A DNA stretch of 64,000 nt from Eledone cirrhosa (lineage: Eukaryota), in the NCBI GenBank assembly GCA_964016885.1, contig OZ024763.1:9548001-9612000 (forward strand). Reading direction: 5' to 3'. Within the stretch, counting starts at the first letter, position 1; every line of letters starts with the position of its first letter. The notes under the pieces are model-generated. The model was not told where the DNA came from. It did no database searches and saw only the letters and a program-made list of their open reading frames with translations. The translations under genes and the position numbers were made by a program. Below, piece by piece: positions 37,725-52,179 of this stretch.

Positions 37725-39262
37725 TCTCTTGATGACATTCCCAGAAAATCCATGGTCACTTGCAAAAGATTTCCATGAGTCAGAAGGAACAATCAGTAAT
37801 ATTATCCACGATGACATCAGATATAAGTCTTATGTGATGAGGAAAGGTCAATTTATGTCAGAAAAAGGAAAAGAAAATCGCTTAATCAGATCTAAAATCT
37901 CTTAAACAAACATAAAAATCCAGCAGAAGATGATGAGATTTGGTTTTTCTCAGATGAAAAAAACTTTGAAGAAATGACAGATGATTATGTGCAGACCCTT
38001 CTGAAGTTCCAACAGTTGTGCACACAAAATTTCCTGCAACTGTCATTGTTTTGGGGGTTGTCAGCAATGAAGAACATGTAATGCCTCCTTACTTCTTTCC
38101 ACAAGGCCTTAGAGTTAACTCTGCTTCCTACATTGAGGTCTTGGAAACAGTTGTTAAGACCTGGATAGACAATGTGTGTAATGGAAGGCCTTATGTGTTT
38201 CAGCAAGACATTGCACCATCACACAAGACTCATGGATGGCTGAAAATGTTCATAATCATATAACCCCTAATATTTGGCCTCCTAACTCCCCAGATCTCAA
38301 TCCATTGGATGACTACGTGTGTAGCATTGTTGACAGAGAGGTCAATGAGCACTCCCATAATACCAAAGATTATTTGAAAGCTGCCATAGTCAGAGTAATG
38401 TCCAATATGAACCAGGACCATTTAAATCGAGCATGTAGACGATTTTGATCTTGCATAGACACAGTTATTGAAGCTGAAGGTGGCTTTATTGAATAAAATT
38501 ATAAAAAAGATAATTTATATTTATGCTTATAGCATTTTTCAATAATTAAGTTATTATCTGTTAGCTTTCTCTATATAACTATATAAAATTCTTTGTCTGT
38601 CTGTATGTCTTTTCCTTATGCATTCCCAACTGGCTCGACCAAATCAAATCCAATTTTACAAGGTAATAGTATTAGACCCCATGAGTAACAACATATAATT
38701 TTTATTTTCAGTTGGATTAAAACAATATAGCACTTTATCTAAAATATTCTAATATAGACTATAAGTAAACAGATATTTTATAACACGGCAACGCTATCAC
38801 ATTTTGGATATGAGTGTGTAAGTGTCTGTGTTTGCAATTTCGTTATGTATGTTAGGCCTTAGTAAGTTACATACACACACATCTTCACATAAATACTTAA
38901 TCAGATACACAGAGAATTAAACATGATTCAGATGCTGGTTTAAACACACACAGAATCCATTTTTACCAATGGACAGTTATATGTAGGTTGTTCACGAGTA
39001 GAAACACCTAGAAATCTTCATATACTATGCACGAATGGTAAAACGAAGAATCTGGTGTATCTGGAATATATTCTTTTCTGGATTTATTTTTTGTAACAAA
39101 CACGCACCACAGTCTTGCCTCATACTGTAAACCAGACATCCAATGGAGTCATTTTCTCTTCCACCTGTCTTCTCTAACTGTTTACCTAGGCAAAGGTGGG
39201 TACGTCAGCTAGTTATATATAGAAACATAAATCTGTCCTCAAATACATTATGTACCCTGTGT
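37725..39262 (+). mobile_element. Tc1/mariner (probably DD37D/maT-like) transposase relic, interrupted by a Helitron
   Basis: SLAKDF..SEGTI..IIHDDIRYKSY, FSDEK, PYVFQQD.APSH, WPPNSPDLNPLD; TIR-like ...accctgt at 39254-39260. Confidence 0.85.
38568..39212 (+). mobile_element. Non-autonomous Helitron (family of 27850-28984)
   Basis: Same 5' sequence tatataaaattctttgtc...; 3' ...tcagCTAG|T. Confidence 0.8.
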
Positions 39263-39718
39263 ATATATATATAAGTATATATATACAAATGGAAGTACAG
39301 CATAATCGAGGCTCGAGCCGCAGCTAAGCCAACGAATGCAATCAGAAAGTGCAGCCAAGCACTCGATAAGGTATAAAACCTTAGAGTAATAACATTAGGT
39401 TTAAAGGGCTTTGCAAATTGAAGATAGCGACCGGTAATTCAGCCGCGGGGACCGTAGCAACGAAAGAACTGACTCGCAAGAAAAAATACATACACATATA
39501 TATATATGACAGTATATATAATTATATATATATATATAAACAAGGGCATTAATGGAAAAATTATACTTCTTTCATAAAAAACTACATTTATTCCCTTCCA
39601 TATGTTTCAAAAGAAATGTGGCCTCCAATCATTCGAAATTTGGTAAAATGTTTTTCTTATAGTCGTGACCATCAATAAATTTAGATATATGTAGCTATAT
39701 AGTCATGTCTATATATAG

Positions 39719-39766
<48 letters not shown>

Positions 39767-39850
39767 CTATGTAGTCATGTCTATATATAGGTGTGTGTAT
39801 ATATATATATATATAGCTATATAGTCATGTTTATAAATAGGAGTATATTT

Positions 39851-41676
39851 ATCATCATCATCATCATCATCATTCTACGTCCGCTCTTCCCTGCTTGCAA
39901 GGGTGTGACGTGTCTTATTCAACACAGCATCTCTCCATTTGTCACGGTCCTTCGTCATCTCCTCCATGAGATTTAGTGATCTGAGGTCTGTTCTCACCAC
40001 CTCCGCCCATGTTTATCGTGGTCTACCTCTACCACGTCTTCCTTCAACTGGCATTTCCTCGCACTTCTTCACCCATCGGTCATCCTCCATGCGCATCACA
40101 TGTCCATACCACTTCAGTCTCCTCTCTCGCACACTACATTCTATCCCTCTCAGACACAGTTTCTCTCTCAACACATTCATGCTGGGTCGTTCACGCACAT
40201 TGACACTGCACATCCAACGGAGCATGCTTGCTTCATTTCTCTCTAGCCATCGCATATCCTCTGCAGTTGCTGCCCATGTCTCACTACCATGCAGTATCGC
40301 GCTCCTCACACAGGCATCATATAACCGGCCTTTCGTATGCAAGGAGAAACCGTTCTTCGTCAGTAGAGGAAGCAGCTCCCTAAACTTCTTCCAACCCGTC
40401 CTTATTCTAGATACTATGGCCTCGGAACACCCCCCTTCGATGCTAATCTGATCTCCTCTATAGCACCCGCCTGCATTTGAAAAATGTGTCTATCAATGCG
40501 ACTTCTACTGTTTAATTTCCCTGTACATCTACTGCATATATATTTCTCCCTACCTGTTAGTTTGCCTGCTATTCCGCTACATCTCTTGTGTACCCAGGAT
40601 CTGCATTGTGTGCATTTTATAGAATTTATGCCAGTTCCTTTTCTACATATCAAACATGGCCATTTCCCTGACGGAATCAGAGTTTTGTCCTCTTTTCTAC
40701 TCATCAACACTTTTGTCTTAGCTAGGTTCACTCTCAGTCCTCTTGATTCCAACTGCTGTTTCCATAGCCAGAATTTATTCTCTAGCTCCTCTACTGATTC
40801 TGCTATAAGAACCAGATCGTCAGCATAGAGGAGTTCCCATGGGAAGCCAGTCTTAAACTCCTCTGTTATGGCTTGGAGGACTATAATGAACAAAAGTGGG
40901 CTGAGGACCGAACCTTGATGTACTCCTACTTGTATCTGGAATTCCTCACTAAACTCCATTCCTACCCCGTCTTTACTGACAGTACCTCTGTACAAAGTTT
41001 GCACTGTCCTCACAAGCCATTCCTCAACACCTAGTTTCCTTAGGGACCACCAGATGACAGATCGGGGTACCCTATCAAAGGCCTTCTCTAGGTCAACAAA
41101 GGCTAAGTATAGTGGCTTCTCTAAGAACCTCTCTTGTAGTTGTCTCACTAAAAAGAGGGCATCTGTTGTACTTTTCTCAGGCACAAAACCAAACTGCATC
41201 TCATCTAATTTGACCCTTTCTCTAATTAGTTGTGCTAATATCCTTTCTGCCACTTTCATAACCTGATCCACCAGTTTTATACCCCTATAATTCCTCCTCT
41301 CCAGAGCATCCCCTTTACCTTTGTAGCAATTTATGAGAATACTGCTGCACCAGTTTTTGGGTATGACACCACCATATATAGCCTGATTGATGATGCGTGC
41401 AACCAGTTTAGTGCCTACGACCCCTGATGCCTTCAGCATCTCAGCAACTATCCCCGATGGTTCAGCAGCCTTACCATTTTTCATTTCCTTAATCACCTCT
41501 TCGACCCTATATTCGTCAATCTCAATAGCTGTTCCCTCTGTCGGATCTACTGAGGGTAATTTCTCTCTCTCCCATTCATTCTCCAAATTCATCAGTCTCT
41601 CATAATGGCATTTCCAGGCCTCTTTTTTCTGATCATTCGTGACACTAAGTACACCGGCATCATTCCGGACACATTT

Positions 41677-41678
<2 letters not shown>
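39851..41678 (-). mobile_element. RTE-clade LINE (subfamily B), longest copy
   Basis: ORF 40414-41592: NYRGIKL, QFGF, FVDLEKAFDRV, GVHQGSVLSPLLF, LLYADD, PHD finger; (GAT)n tail. Confidence 0.95.
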
Positions 41679-41717
<39 letters not shown>

Positions 41718-43124
41718 CTATATAGCCATGTTTATAAATAGGTGTATATATATATATATATAGCTATATAGCCATGTTTATAAATAGGTGTATATATATA
41801 GCCATGTCCACCTATAAAGTTAGATATATTCTCCTCGGAGAGATAGATAGTCTGTGGTGAATTTTGTCACTGAAATATCGAGATTACATTTAGGTGAGAT
41901 GTATATAAATCATCCGTCTTAAGTACAGAGTTTGTTTCGATAGAAAAACATTTTTTTAGAGTTTTGTATTTTTCCTGTTGTTTGTATGTTGTCATCTTAC
42001 TAGCAGAGGAATGTCCTGAAAGTGTTTGTTGTTGTAGTATAGTTTCTATGTAAACAAGAGCAACAAAGAGTACAGGATGTTTCATACTCTTGCCCTTTAA
42101 GAGTGGTAAAACAACCATACCACCTACATAGATTTTAAACAAAAACAAACCAAAGCAACAACAACAAAAAGATTGTGGCATAATTAAGGTGTTGTTAAAG
42201 CCATTAATTAATGATGAATATTAAAGGAAAATAACAACAAAAATTAAACAAACAAAAAATGTTGTTTGTCTAGAATTGAGTGATGAGAGTAAAAATAAAT
42301 GGCAGGAAAAACAAATGCTAGAGACGGATATGGTGCTGGATAATTTTAGATTACTTGAAATAATTAACCCTTTCATCACTATATTTCATCATTATCAGTT
42401 TACATCTGTTTCTTCAGTTGTGTCAAGGGCACAACAATCTCCTTAATACTGGTGTCATGATAAAATGTACCTAGTATACTATGTAATATGGTTGGTGTTA
42501 GGAAGGGTATCCTCCCATATAAAACCATGCCAAAGAAAGGGTTAAGAGGGCTCTTCAGTTGTGTCATTGGCACAACAACTTCCATAGTGCTGGTGCCATG
42601 ACACCCAGTACACTCTATAAATTGCAGGAATATATTTAAGCAAGATATGAGCCTCGTAGCCTATCTGTGAGGACAGAAGCTTTGGTGAAGCTCCAACATG
42701 GTGTGTCAGGACCTGTCCAAATCCTGCTAGTTTTTACTTTTTCAAAATAATAGAAAATAAGATAAGATAGAATAAACTAAAACCCATTTCCGGCTGCATG
42801 TTATAACCCATAAATATTTAATATTTTCCAACAATTTGCAAATATTTTTGGTTGATAAAATCCATGCCTACTCGTTAATATAAAACAGGTTTCCGATCTA
42901 TAATTAATATATAAATGATCTATATATTATTTCATAACTATTTGTTCAATTTATAAGTAGCTTCATGGCTGTATTAATTTCAATAATGTTGTCAGTAAAT
43001 GTGCATGATTAATTTTACTGTATACTGTGTAGTGATGTGCTGCTTTATGTATCTCTCTCTCTATGTATGTATATATATATATATGAAAATATCTGTACAC
43101 ACACACAGACGCATATATATATAT

Positions 43125-43700
43125 ATACAGGGGTTCTGTCAATAAAGTGAGAGTAGGAATGGAGTTTATTGAGGAATTTCAGATAGAAATAGGTGTACAT
43201 CAGGGTTCGGTCCTCAGCCCACTCTTGTTCATTATAGTCCTCCAGGCCATAACAGAGGAATTTAAGACTGGATGCTCATAGGAACTTCTTTATGCTGATG
43301 ATCTGGTTCTTATAGCAGAATCAGTAGAGGAACTAGAGAATAAATTCTGGCTCTGGAAACAGCAGTTGGAATCAAGAGGACTGAGAGTGAACCTAGCTAA
43401 GACAAAAGTGTTGATGAGTAGAAAAGAGGACAAAACTCTGCTTCCATCAGGGAAATGGCCATGTTCGATATGTAAGAAAGGAACTGGCATAAATTCCATA
43501 AAATGTACACAATGCAGATCTTGGGTACACAAGAGATGAAGTGGGATAGCAGGCAAACTAACAGGTAGGGAGAAATATGTATGCAGTAGATGTACAGGGA
43601 AAGTTGGCTGTAGAAATCACAGTGGTAGACATTTTTCCAATGCAGGTGGGTTCTATAGAAGTGGTTGATAGCTTCCGGTACCTAGGTGATCAGATTAACA
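43125..43700 (+). mobile_element. RTE subfamily B internal fragment
   Basis: GVHQGSVLSPLLF, LLYADD, PHD region; both ends abut (TA)n. Confidence 0.88.
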
Positions 43701-43731
43701 TAAGTATATATATATATATAAGTATATATAA

Positions 43732-43784
<53 letters not shown>

Positions 43785-43837
43785 TATATAATTATATATA
43801 TATATAAGTATATAATTATATATATATATAATGCCAG

Positions 43838-43983
43838 TGACATGTACAGGTACTTAAGGTTCATTGGGTTATTCACCCCAACCCATTCAGTCTGTCATAC
43901 AATTAAAAAGATGTTTAATTGTATGACAGACTGAATGAGTTGGATTGAATAACCCAATGAACGTTAAGAAGCTGTATATGTCA
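43838..43983. repeat. Diverged palindrome, ~70-bp arms, next to (TA)n
   Basis: ...ttcagtctgtcatacaattaaa / tttaattgtatgacagactgaa... Confidence 0.85.
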
Positions 43984-44032
43984 GTGCTGTAACTATACTT
44001 AACTTGTCCTATGAACTGAGTTTTTATTTATA

Positions 44033-45613
44033 TCTAATATATATTTGTGAAATGGGCGGTGGTTGAAATTCAGATGTGCACGGTCGGACTGACATGAAAA
44101 TTTACACACCTATGTAAAAAGTGCCAAGGAAGCAAATAGACGAGGTTTCAAATCTCTAACTTGAAAAATGTGGTCCCTGGGGCCCCAAAACTATCGCGTT
44201 CGGTGAGTTATTTCCCCCTGTTCTAATACTTTTGTCTTATTTACAATTTCATACAAATAAAGCAGTAAAATCCCGTAGTAAGACCTAAAAAAATGGTTAG
44301 ATACACCATGACACACCATGCATCACGGTGGAGTAGAAAAGCAGACTCAGAACATGGCGTTGTGTGAGGGTGACTTGCAGCCCAATATTCCAGGGGGGGG
44401 GGGGGGGGGGGGGGGGGCAAAAGAAAAAAAAGAAGAAGAAATGTGAGAGCTGGAGTCCTATCAAATATGTAGGTTGTGTCTTAAATTGAAGGTTTAGTAG
44501 AAACAATTCATGTATAGTTTTGTACTTTTCTTTTTGTCATTCATATATAAACAAATCTACTATATAAATTGGAAGAGGTCGGACGTTGTATACGGAGGTG
44601 TAGTTGGATAAACGTTGAAAGGGCTTGGTGGAATGCAACAAAAATTTACACAGTTATGCAGAATGACCCGAGGAGGCGTTGGGTCGACTTTCAAGCTACA
44701 AGCTTCCATGGTTATGGAGAAAATCGATGAAACAGGAATTTCTCATTCAAATTGAACTGAGAGTAATCTGTGAACGCAGAAGTAAATATTTCGAGAAACA
44801 TTGCAACCGAACGAAAACAGGAAGACGATATTTTGGTTCGTGAAGACGTTCCCTGGCAATGAACGGGAAAAAAACAAGGATAATACGTCGTTATGTGGAG
44901 CGTGAAGAACAATTTCATGCAAAGACAAGACCAAGTTTATGGTATAAATGGAGTCGTTAGACTAATATTCTATTTAAAATAACAGAATGATTTCCAGACC
45001 CGGAGTTTAATAATGATGTAAATAAAATTGAAAACGAAAATGACAGAGGTTATTAAAATAGTAAAAGTAAATAGTGAAGATTTAGGCCAGTACATACGTA
45101 TGCCCCGACGGACATACGCATACATACGCACACACAAATACACCCCCCCCCCCACACACACACACAAGAACGCGCGTATGTATAAACCTTATGCATTTCT
45201 ACAGTATTTTCACCAAACTTAAGACATAGGTTACTTATGTACTCCGGATGGTCATGGGCACTGTCATTTTTCCAGATATTGATTATAGGGCCCCCAGGCA
45301 GATAACCACTTTAACCACTTCCTTGGAGTCGACTGAAGCACTGCAGTGCAATGCAACAAAACGTCATAACTTCTGGAGTTCGCAACCGATTTTTACAAAA
45401 CTTGACACATGGACTACGTTTGTCCTACAGATGAATGTGAACTCTCAGAATTGGCACATATTGGGTAGGGGACCCCTGGGGGCAGGAACCCCCTTTTGGG
45501 AAAAGCCGATGATTTTGTAAAAGTATAGTTTTCGAAGCAGCACTGAAGTATTGACATAAATGGTATACACAACTGCTATTTAATATCCGAGCAATGCCGG
45601 GTACCTCTGCTAG
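44033..45613 (+). mobile_element. Non-autonomous Helitron
   Basis: A|TCTAATATATA start; subterminal ccgagcaatgccgg and ...tgCTAG end. Confidence 0.7.
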
Positions 45614-46235
45614 CATATATATATGATGTGTATGTGTATATCTATGCCTGTGTATATATATACCGAGACTAAGGATGTGTGATGGTAGTCACAAACTTTT
45701 AAAAATTCATAGGGAGGCTGTCAAATGTTTTTCATATACAACCTGTTTACATGTACATATATATATATATATATACAATATACCCCCTCCATATGTACAT
45801 ATATATCATCATCATCACTCATTTTTCCCCGCTAGCATGAAATCAATAATTAATACCCAATCAATAAATGTGCTACTGTCAGTAAATCTATAAGTAGTTA
45901 ACATAACATAAATCTATATTACAATACTTAGTAACAACAACAAAAAACCGGTCAATTAAAAAGTACTAGTTTAGAACTGGGGTTGAAGTAATCCACTGTG
46001 TTCAGACCTGAAGAGGTATGGGTTCTAACAATTTTAAATATCACAATGGTACCATAACATTTTCAGTTTTCTGACAAATAAATTTTGTTCAATAATTGCT
46101 AATTCAATTACAACATATTTCTTAACCCTTCACTCATATCTCTAAATATACGAAAGAATCAATCATATTTCCAAAGGATTGAGCAAATTTCTAATTTTGA
46201 ATGTATGTGAAATAAAGTGTCTTGCTCAAGGAAAC

Positions 46236-46507
46236 AACACATCAATTCTCAGACCAGGTGATGTGTTGTTTCCTGGAGCAAGACACTTTATTTCACATTG
46301 CTCCAGTTTACTCAGCTGTAGAAATGAGATGATAGGGATTGGGGTCCCTATCATTCCACTGCAAAGTGGAGGTGCCATGGCAAAAAAGCACCCAGCACTC
46401 ACTGTAAATGAGGTTGGTGTTAGTAAGGGCATCCAGCTGAAGAAATCAAACCAGAATCAGTTCCCGTCCCACCCTTGCAAGCAGGGAAAAAGCGGACGTA
46501 AAATGAA

Positions 46508-46546
<39 letters not shown>
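46236..46546 (+). mobile_element. CORE-type SINE, 5'-truncated with a short 5' inversion (46205-46242)
   Basis: tgtgaaataaagtgtcttgctc..gaaacaacacatc is the reverse complement of 46260-46298. Confidence 0.8.
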
Positions 46547-46864
46547 TTAGCTTAATGTCAGCTGCTTCAATGTAGATTTTTTTTTATTATTATGAAAAAT
46601 AGTCAAAGAAGTTGGGCATATAGATATGGTGGGAAAAGCTGGACAGTATTACCTCTTTTAATCTGTAGGGCTTACATGCCTAACTAGTTTGACTATTCTT
46701 CATAGTAAAATAAAACCCTGTGCCTGAATTCAGGGATGGTTTGCCAGGGAATGGCTTGCCATTACAATAACACTGAATTGGTGAACCATCTCTGAATCAA
46801 ATCTATCCTCTATTCTCTGTTTGTGTTTTTTGTAATCCTATTATCTTAAATAACTAATTCTGTA

Positions 46865-46980
46865 AACCACACCTGATGAAATCATCTAAGTCTTGCATCA
46901 TCATCGGATGATGAAACTAGGTTTTCACAACATTAAAACTTTAGAATTTCCAGTCAGGCTTTCCGTTATTTTTATATGAA
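46865..46980 (+). ncRNA. Degenerate hammerhead (family of 5627-5684)
   Basis: CTGATGA aatcatct..ggatgat GAAAC tag GTT; downstream ccagtcaggctttccgttattttta resembles 5708-5732; stem I does not pair. Confidence 0.45.
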
Positions 46981-47111
46981 TACTTAATTCGGTTCCTACA
47001 CTAGCCACTAGTTCCTACGATGGATGATTTGCATGATATCGAGTGCTTTAATTTATCACATCATGGTTTACTAACCAGTTCTACCCATTGGTAAACCACA
47101 CAACATAAATG

Positions 47112-47155
<44 letters not shown>

Positions 47156-47157
<2 letters not shown>

Positions 47158-47408
47158 AAAGTTATATTTAAATTGTTGGGTTACAACTAGTAAATATTTA
47201 TAACTGATATAAAAGCACTCGACAAATATTTGGAGTATATTTACAATATTAAATAAATGCAAGTAGATGTTGTTACGGTATGTCGAATCTATTTATCTAT
47301 AAAACTGTTTATATTGTATTTTGTCTGAGGAAGGCATAGCATATTGTTAATATGATATCCCTGAAATATATATAATGAAATATAGTTTCCATTTATTTAA
47401 TATTGTAT
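47156..47408. mobile_element. PLE-type insert with hammerhead (47317-47382, +) and inverted tail-bearing arm
   Basis: tattttgt CTGAGGA .. GAA ATATATAT A atgaaata; tacaatattaaataaatg / catttatttaatattgta inverted pair. Confidence 0.78.
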
Positions 47409-47439
47409 ATATATATATATATATATTAATATATATAAT

Positions 47440-47655
47440 AGTAATAATAATAAATGTGAAGACTAAAATCCAAAGAGTGCTCGATAAGGATAAATATATA
47501 TCAAATATATAAGAACCATAGAGCAAATATTTATTAAAATAACAGATTAAAGTTTAAGCAAAAAAAAAATCGCTGCTTTCACCCTTAATGGGATCTTCTG
47601 AAGGGTGAAAGCAGTGATCCTTTGCTTAAACTTTAATCTGTTATTTTAATAAATA
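47440..47655. mobile_element. PLE-type inverted-arm insert (second copy at 56365-56570)
   Basis: 47528-47586 is inverted at 47601-47654; tail hairpin tgctc...gagca; core reads CAGAAGA tccc..aggg t GAAA. Confidence 0.65.
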
Positions 47656-48850
47656 AATACATATATATATCATTGGACGTTAAACAATAATGATGATCAT
47701 GATGATGATCATCATCATCGTTTAACATCAATTTTCCATGCTAGGATAGGTAGGACAGTCTGTCCCTTTGTGAGAGATCAGGTCAGAGGACCATGTTTTG
47801 CTCACACAGAACTGATTTTGGCTTGGTTTTTATGGCTGGATGTCCTTCCTAACACATTTACAGTGTGTACTTGTCATAATACCTACAAGACCACTTTACT
47901 GTGTGGGCTGGGCGCTATTTGTCATGTCGCCAACACATATATATATATATAATAAAATGTGGAGAGGAAGCACATGAGTTAGGATATATATATATATATA
48001 TATATGAAACAGGGAGAAAGAAACGATTATGAGGAAGAAAAATATATTTTTTTCCTTTTTTTGTTTCTCTCTCTCTTTTTTCTGAGTTAGAAAATGATTA
48101 AAACGAAATGTTTTACTTTGTGTGAAGTGTTAAGGTATTAGTTGATTTATTTATTATTTAACAATGGCATTTATTTATCTATTTATATATTTAATTATTG
48201 TCTATTACCGGTTTCAGCATTTATATACATTATCAAATGATAGTGAAATGTATTAGTGTGGTGTCGCACATGTTAAACAGAAGGTGCAGAAAGAATAATG
48301 TTGATGAATAAATAATTTATGTAACATCAGCATCTTTATTAATGTTATTATTATTATTACAATATATATATATATATATATATATATGTACGTAAACCTG
48401 ATATAAAATAAATTGGAGCAATGAGTGTGTAAAAATTTCCATAAAATTATAAGAATTTCGAAGCTGTAAAACAGCCAGATGCTATTATGAAAAGCCAGGG
48501 GTTGGGTTAAAATATAACCTCTTATGAATGGAAGGATGGACAGAACAATCAAAGAAGAAAAAGCAAAAGAGAGAGAAAAGGAAAGGAATAGAGCGTAAAG
48601 CATATGATGAGAGATGAGAGAGGTATATAGAGAAGAAATGAGAGCGATGTAGCATAAAATTTGACACGGAATGTTCCATCACTCTCTTTCTTCTCTCTAT
48701 ACCTCTCCCGTCTCTTATCATATGCTTTACATTCTATTCCTTTTGTTCTCTCTCTCTTTTCTTTTCTGACTGTCCTTCTGGTCGTAAGATGTTATATTTT
48801 AACACGACCCCTCACTATTGAGATTCCAACAATTTTATGAAAATGTGTAT

Positions 48851-49182
48851 ATCATCATCATCATTTTACGTCCGCTTTTCCCTGCTTGCAGGGGTGGGAC
48901 GGGAACTGATTCTGGCTTGATTTCTACAGCTGGATGCCCTTCCTAACACCAACCTCATTTACAGTGAGTGCTGGGTGCTTTTTTGCCGTGACACCTCCAC
49001 GACCACTTTGCAGTGGAATGATAGGGACCCCAGTCCCTATCATCTCATTTCTACAGCTGAGTAAACTGGAGCAATGTGAAATAAAGTGTCTTGCTCAAGG
49101 AAACAACACATCACTCGGTCTGAGAATTGAACTCACAACCTTTCGATTGCAAGGCCAATGCTCTAACCACTAAGCCATGTGT
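48851..49182 (-). mobile_element. Full-length CORE-type SINE
   Basis: Reverse complement of 35909-36298, lacking one subrepeat. Confidence 0.88.
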
Positions 49183-49197
49183 CTCCATGTATGTACA

Positions 49198-49363
49198 CAG
49201 TGAAATCCCGTTGTAACAAAATTCACGGGGTATAAAAAATTCTTTATAATGAGATTGACTGAAACAAATTGAGCATTTGTTTATTATCTATGGGGATTGA
49301 AAAAAATTTCGTTATACTGAAAAATTCGTTATAATGGTATTCATTATAACGGAATTTTACCTG
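49198..49363. mobile_element. Tc1/mariner-pogo-type MITE
   Basis: Imperfect TIRs CAGTGAAATCCCGTTGTAAC / TTATAACGGAATTTTACCTG, TA on the right flank. Confidence 0.6.
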
Positions 49364-50063
49364 TATATATATAAACGTGGTAGGTGTTAGGAAGGGCATC
49401 CAGCTGTAAAAATCCCAGCCAAAATATAGTTCCGTCTAAGCCAGGAACGGTGCAGCCAACTGGCCAGACTTGTATCAAAATATGGACAACCCGTTTAACC
49501 CATGCAAGCGTGGAAAAAATAGACATTAAATGATGATGATGATCGTAATAGAGTAAATGAAAGTGGAACAGGAAAGGATCATATAAGCGTTCTTCCTTTC
49601 ATTCGATTCCGTTGTAAGTACATAAAGCACATAACTATTTGACGTATATGCTACCACAGACAATATCACTAGCAAAATGTTTATAATTACACTTAATTTT
49701 AAATATTATTATTTTTGTGATGGAAAAAGGTGGATTGGTAGTATCGGTAGAGCATCAGACACCATGCTTTGCAGCATAGAGTTATGGCCCTTTACGTTAT
49801 GAGTTCAAATCCCGCCGAGGTTAACTTTGCCTTTCATCGTTATAGATTATTACTTTTGCTATGCATAGAGATTTTCATTCCCGTTTAAATTTCTCTCTAA
49901 CCACATTTTACTTCTTACACTTTCCTTAAAATGCTTAAATTCACACATTCACCTTTAACTATGCAACTCACTTTCTTTTATTTTTCTCATGTTATCTTTC
50001 ACTCTTCGAATGCTTACCTATGTATTATCTTAACGAGACTAATTAACTCAATTAATTGATCTA

Positions 50064-50172
50064 TATTTTCTGATATGAGGGAAATGTTTTTGCGCTATAT
50101 ATTAATGGACTGATTAATTAATTCATTTGACTGGTACTGCATCTATCCTTATTGAAACGATTGTAGAAATAT
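50064..50172 (+). ncRNA. Degenerate hammerhead
   Basis: tttt CTGAT(--) atgagg...ccttatt GAAAC gatt GTA gaaa; appears to lack two core nucleotides. Confidence 0.4.
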
Positions 50173-50244
50173 ATGATTGTAATTGAATAACTACGTCGGT
50201 ATTCCTTCTGCATTGCTTATATATAAATAAATATATATATATTA

Positions 50245-51000
50245 ACCTAATAATCCTGGCCATCCTAATGTTTCTGCCTGTAACTGCTCCACCAAAATCA
50301 TCTCACGATACCTCAATACCCTCCTCGCCCCCATAGTCACCAACCTCCCCACCCACATCCATGACACTAATCATGCCCTTAGACTTTTCAACTCCTTCTC
50401 CTTCTCTCCTGGCCCCTCTCACCTTCTCTTCACCCTTGACATTACCTCTCTCTATACCATCATCTCTCACAATGATGGCTGCCACTTTTTATACCTATAC
50501 CCTACCCCTTACCCTAGCACTTCCACTCTTCTCTGTTTTGCTGATGGGTTTTCCTTTAATGGAGGATTTTATCAGCAAGTCTCTGGGGTAGCCGTGGGAA
50601 CCAGTATGGATCCGAACTATGGCAGCTTGTTTGTTGGCTATGTTGAGTACCAGATCTTTTACCATTACACTGGATCTACATTGACGACTGTATCGGCACC
50701 ACCACTCTCTCCCTTGAACAGCTCGACTGCTTTCTCTGTTATATTCAGTCTTTTCATCCCACTCCTACCTTCCCCACCTCTGTCTCCGATTCTTCTGTCC
50801 AATTTCTCAACATCTTTTTCTCTCTATTGATCACACTCACCACACCCTCTCTACTTCCATCTTCTACAAACCCACTGACTCCCACTCCTACCTCAACTTC
50901 ACTTCCTCCCACCTCACTCCCAATTTTTCCTGTTGGCTCTGCAGCCATGACCATGTTTTTGACATCCAGTTTCAACACATGGCTTCTCGCTTCATCCAGT
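50245..51000 (+). mobile_element. Penelope-like reverse transcriptase fragment, decayed
   Basis: NNPGHPNVS, FTLDITSLYT.I.HNDG, QVSGVAVGTSMDPNY.SLFVGYVE, YIDDC, FYKPTDSHSYLNFTSSH. Confidence 0.85.
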
Positions 51001-51082
51001 TAAACTAATATATTTCTTCCATACATGGAAGAAATATATTAGTTTAACGCTTGAAATACACACACATACATATATATGTTTT

Positions 51083-51301
51083 GGTACTTCTTTCGAAATG
51101 CTCTTTTTCCTTTTTGTTGTTGTTGATTTTTTTTGTTTATCTCGCCCATATTGAAAAACTCACACAGACATATATACACATATATATATGTATATATGTC
51201 TGTGTGTGTGTGCATGTGTGATTTTCAATATGGGCAAGATAAACAAAAAAAATCAACAACAACAAAAAAAAGGAAAAAGAGACCATTTCGAAAGAAGTAC
51301 C
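51083..51301. repeat. Palindrome with ~75-bp arms around a (CA)/(TA)/(TG) core
   Basis: ggtacttctttcgaaatg...cccatattgaaaa / ttttcaatatggg...catttcgaaagaagtacc. Confidence 0.9.
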
Positions 51302-52179
51302 TTCCGATATTTTTTCACGTATGAGCTACATACACTTGCTCCCATGCGACTCAAATTGCTTAGAAATGCAGTGAACCAGTAATCATTTTAGCATGGGGGA
51401 TCCTGTAATCTACGACACTTTGTACACTAATTGTATTATAAAACTAACCGAGGCATAACTTTAAATCCGTGTCCCTCACTGCTACCGACTTTGTTTCCTC
51501 ATGATTTAATAATTGTTTCTACTTTTGGCACAAGGCCAGCAATTACCCAGTGCATTACTGGTACTTTATTTTATCGACCCCGTAAGGATGAAAGGCAAAG
51601 TAAACCTTAATGTATAATTTGTAATACGATTTTACGGAGATATATTTTCTACGATAAAGATGACGATTATACTGACAAAATTTTAAAATATTTTTTTTTT
51701 TGTGGAAATTATTATTTTATTTTTCGTAACTCATCATTGTAGAATTGATATTACCGTTCCAGCTGCATTAACAAATCCCCCAGTTTATGTTTAACCTACT
51801 ACAGACACAAATCGAAAGTATTCAGTAAATAATGGAAGTATTTAAAAAGAAATTCCCTCTCTTTTTCAAAGATTTGTCCACTTTAAAAATGTCATTAAAA
51901 TACACTTTACCCGAAAGCTTAGGGCCTCGACCATGGGTTAATATGACCCCAAAACCAATGAAAGGGTGACCGAATCCTTTGGTGATTAAATTATTCCTAC
52001 ATAAGCCTTAATACAATGTCGAGTGACAAATTATTATTATAATTATTTCCATATTAATTTAACAATCTCTGCAGGTAAATTCTGAGGTAAACCCACGTCG
52101 ACATTTAATCTTCTTCTTTTATTCCCCCACATATTCCTGAGAGAGTTGTGGGGGCAGAGTCCTCAAACACTCCCTCCCA

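Noticed and set aside
42364-42545. TTAACCCTTTC / GAAAGGGTTAA as piggyBac-like MITE ends
   Set aside because: Only an 11-bp match enclosing unrelated SINE debris; insufficient support.
48198-48245. Minus-strand TTGATAA...GAAACCGGTA as a U3/A8 variant hammerhead
   Set aside because: Stem I does not abut the core, so the fold could not be completed by eye.
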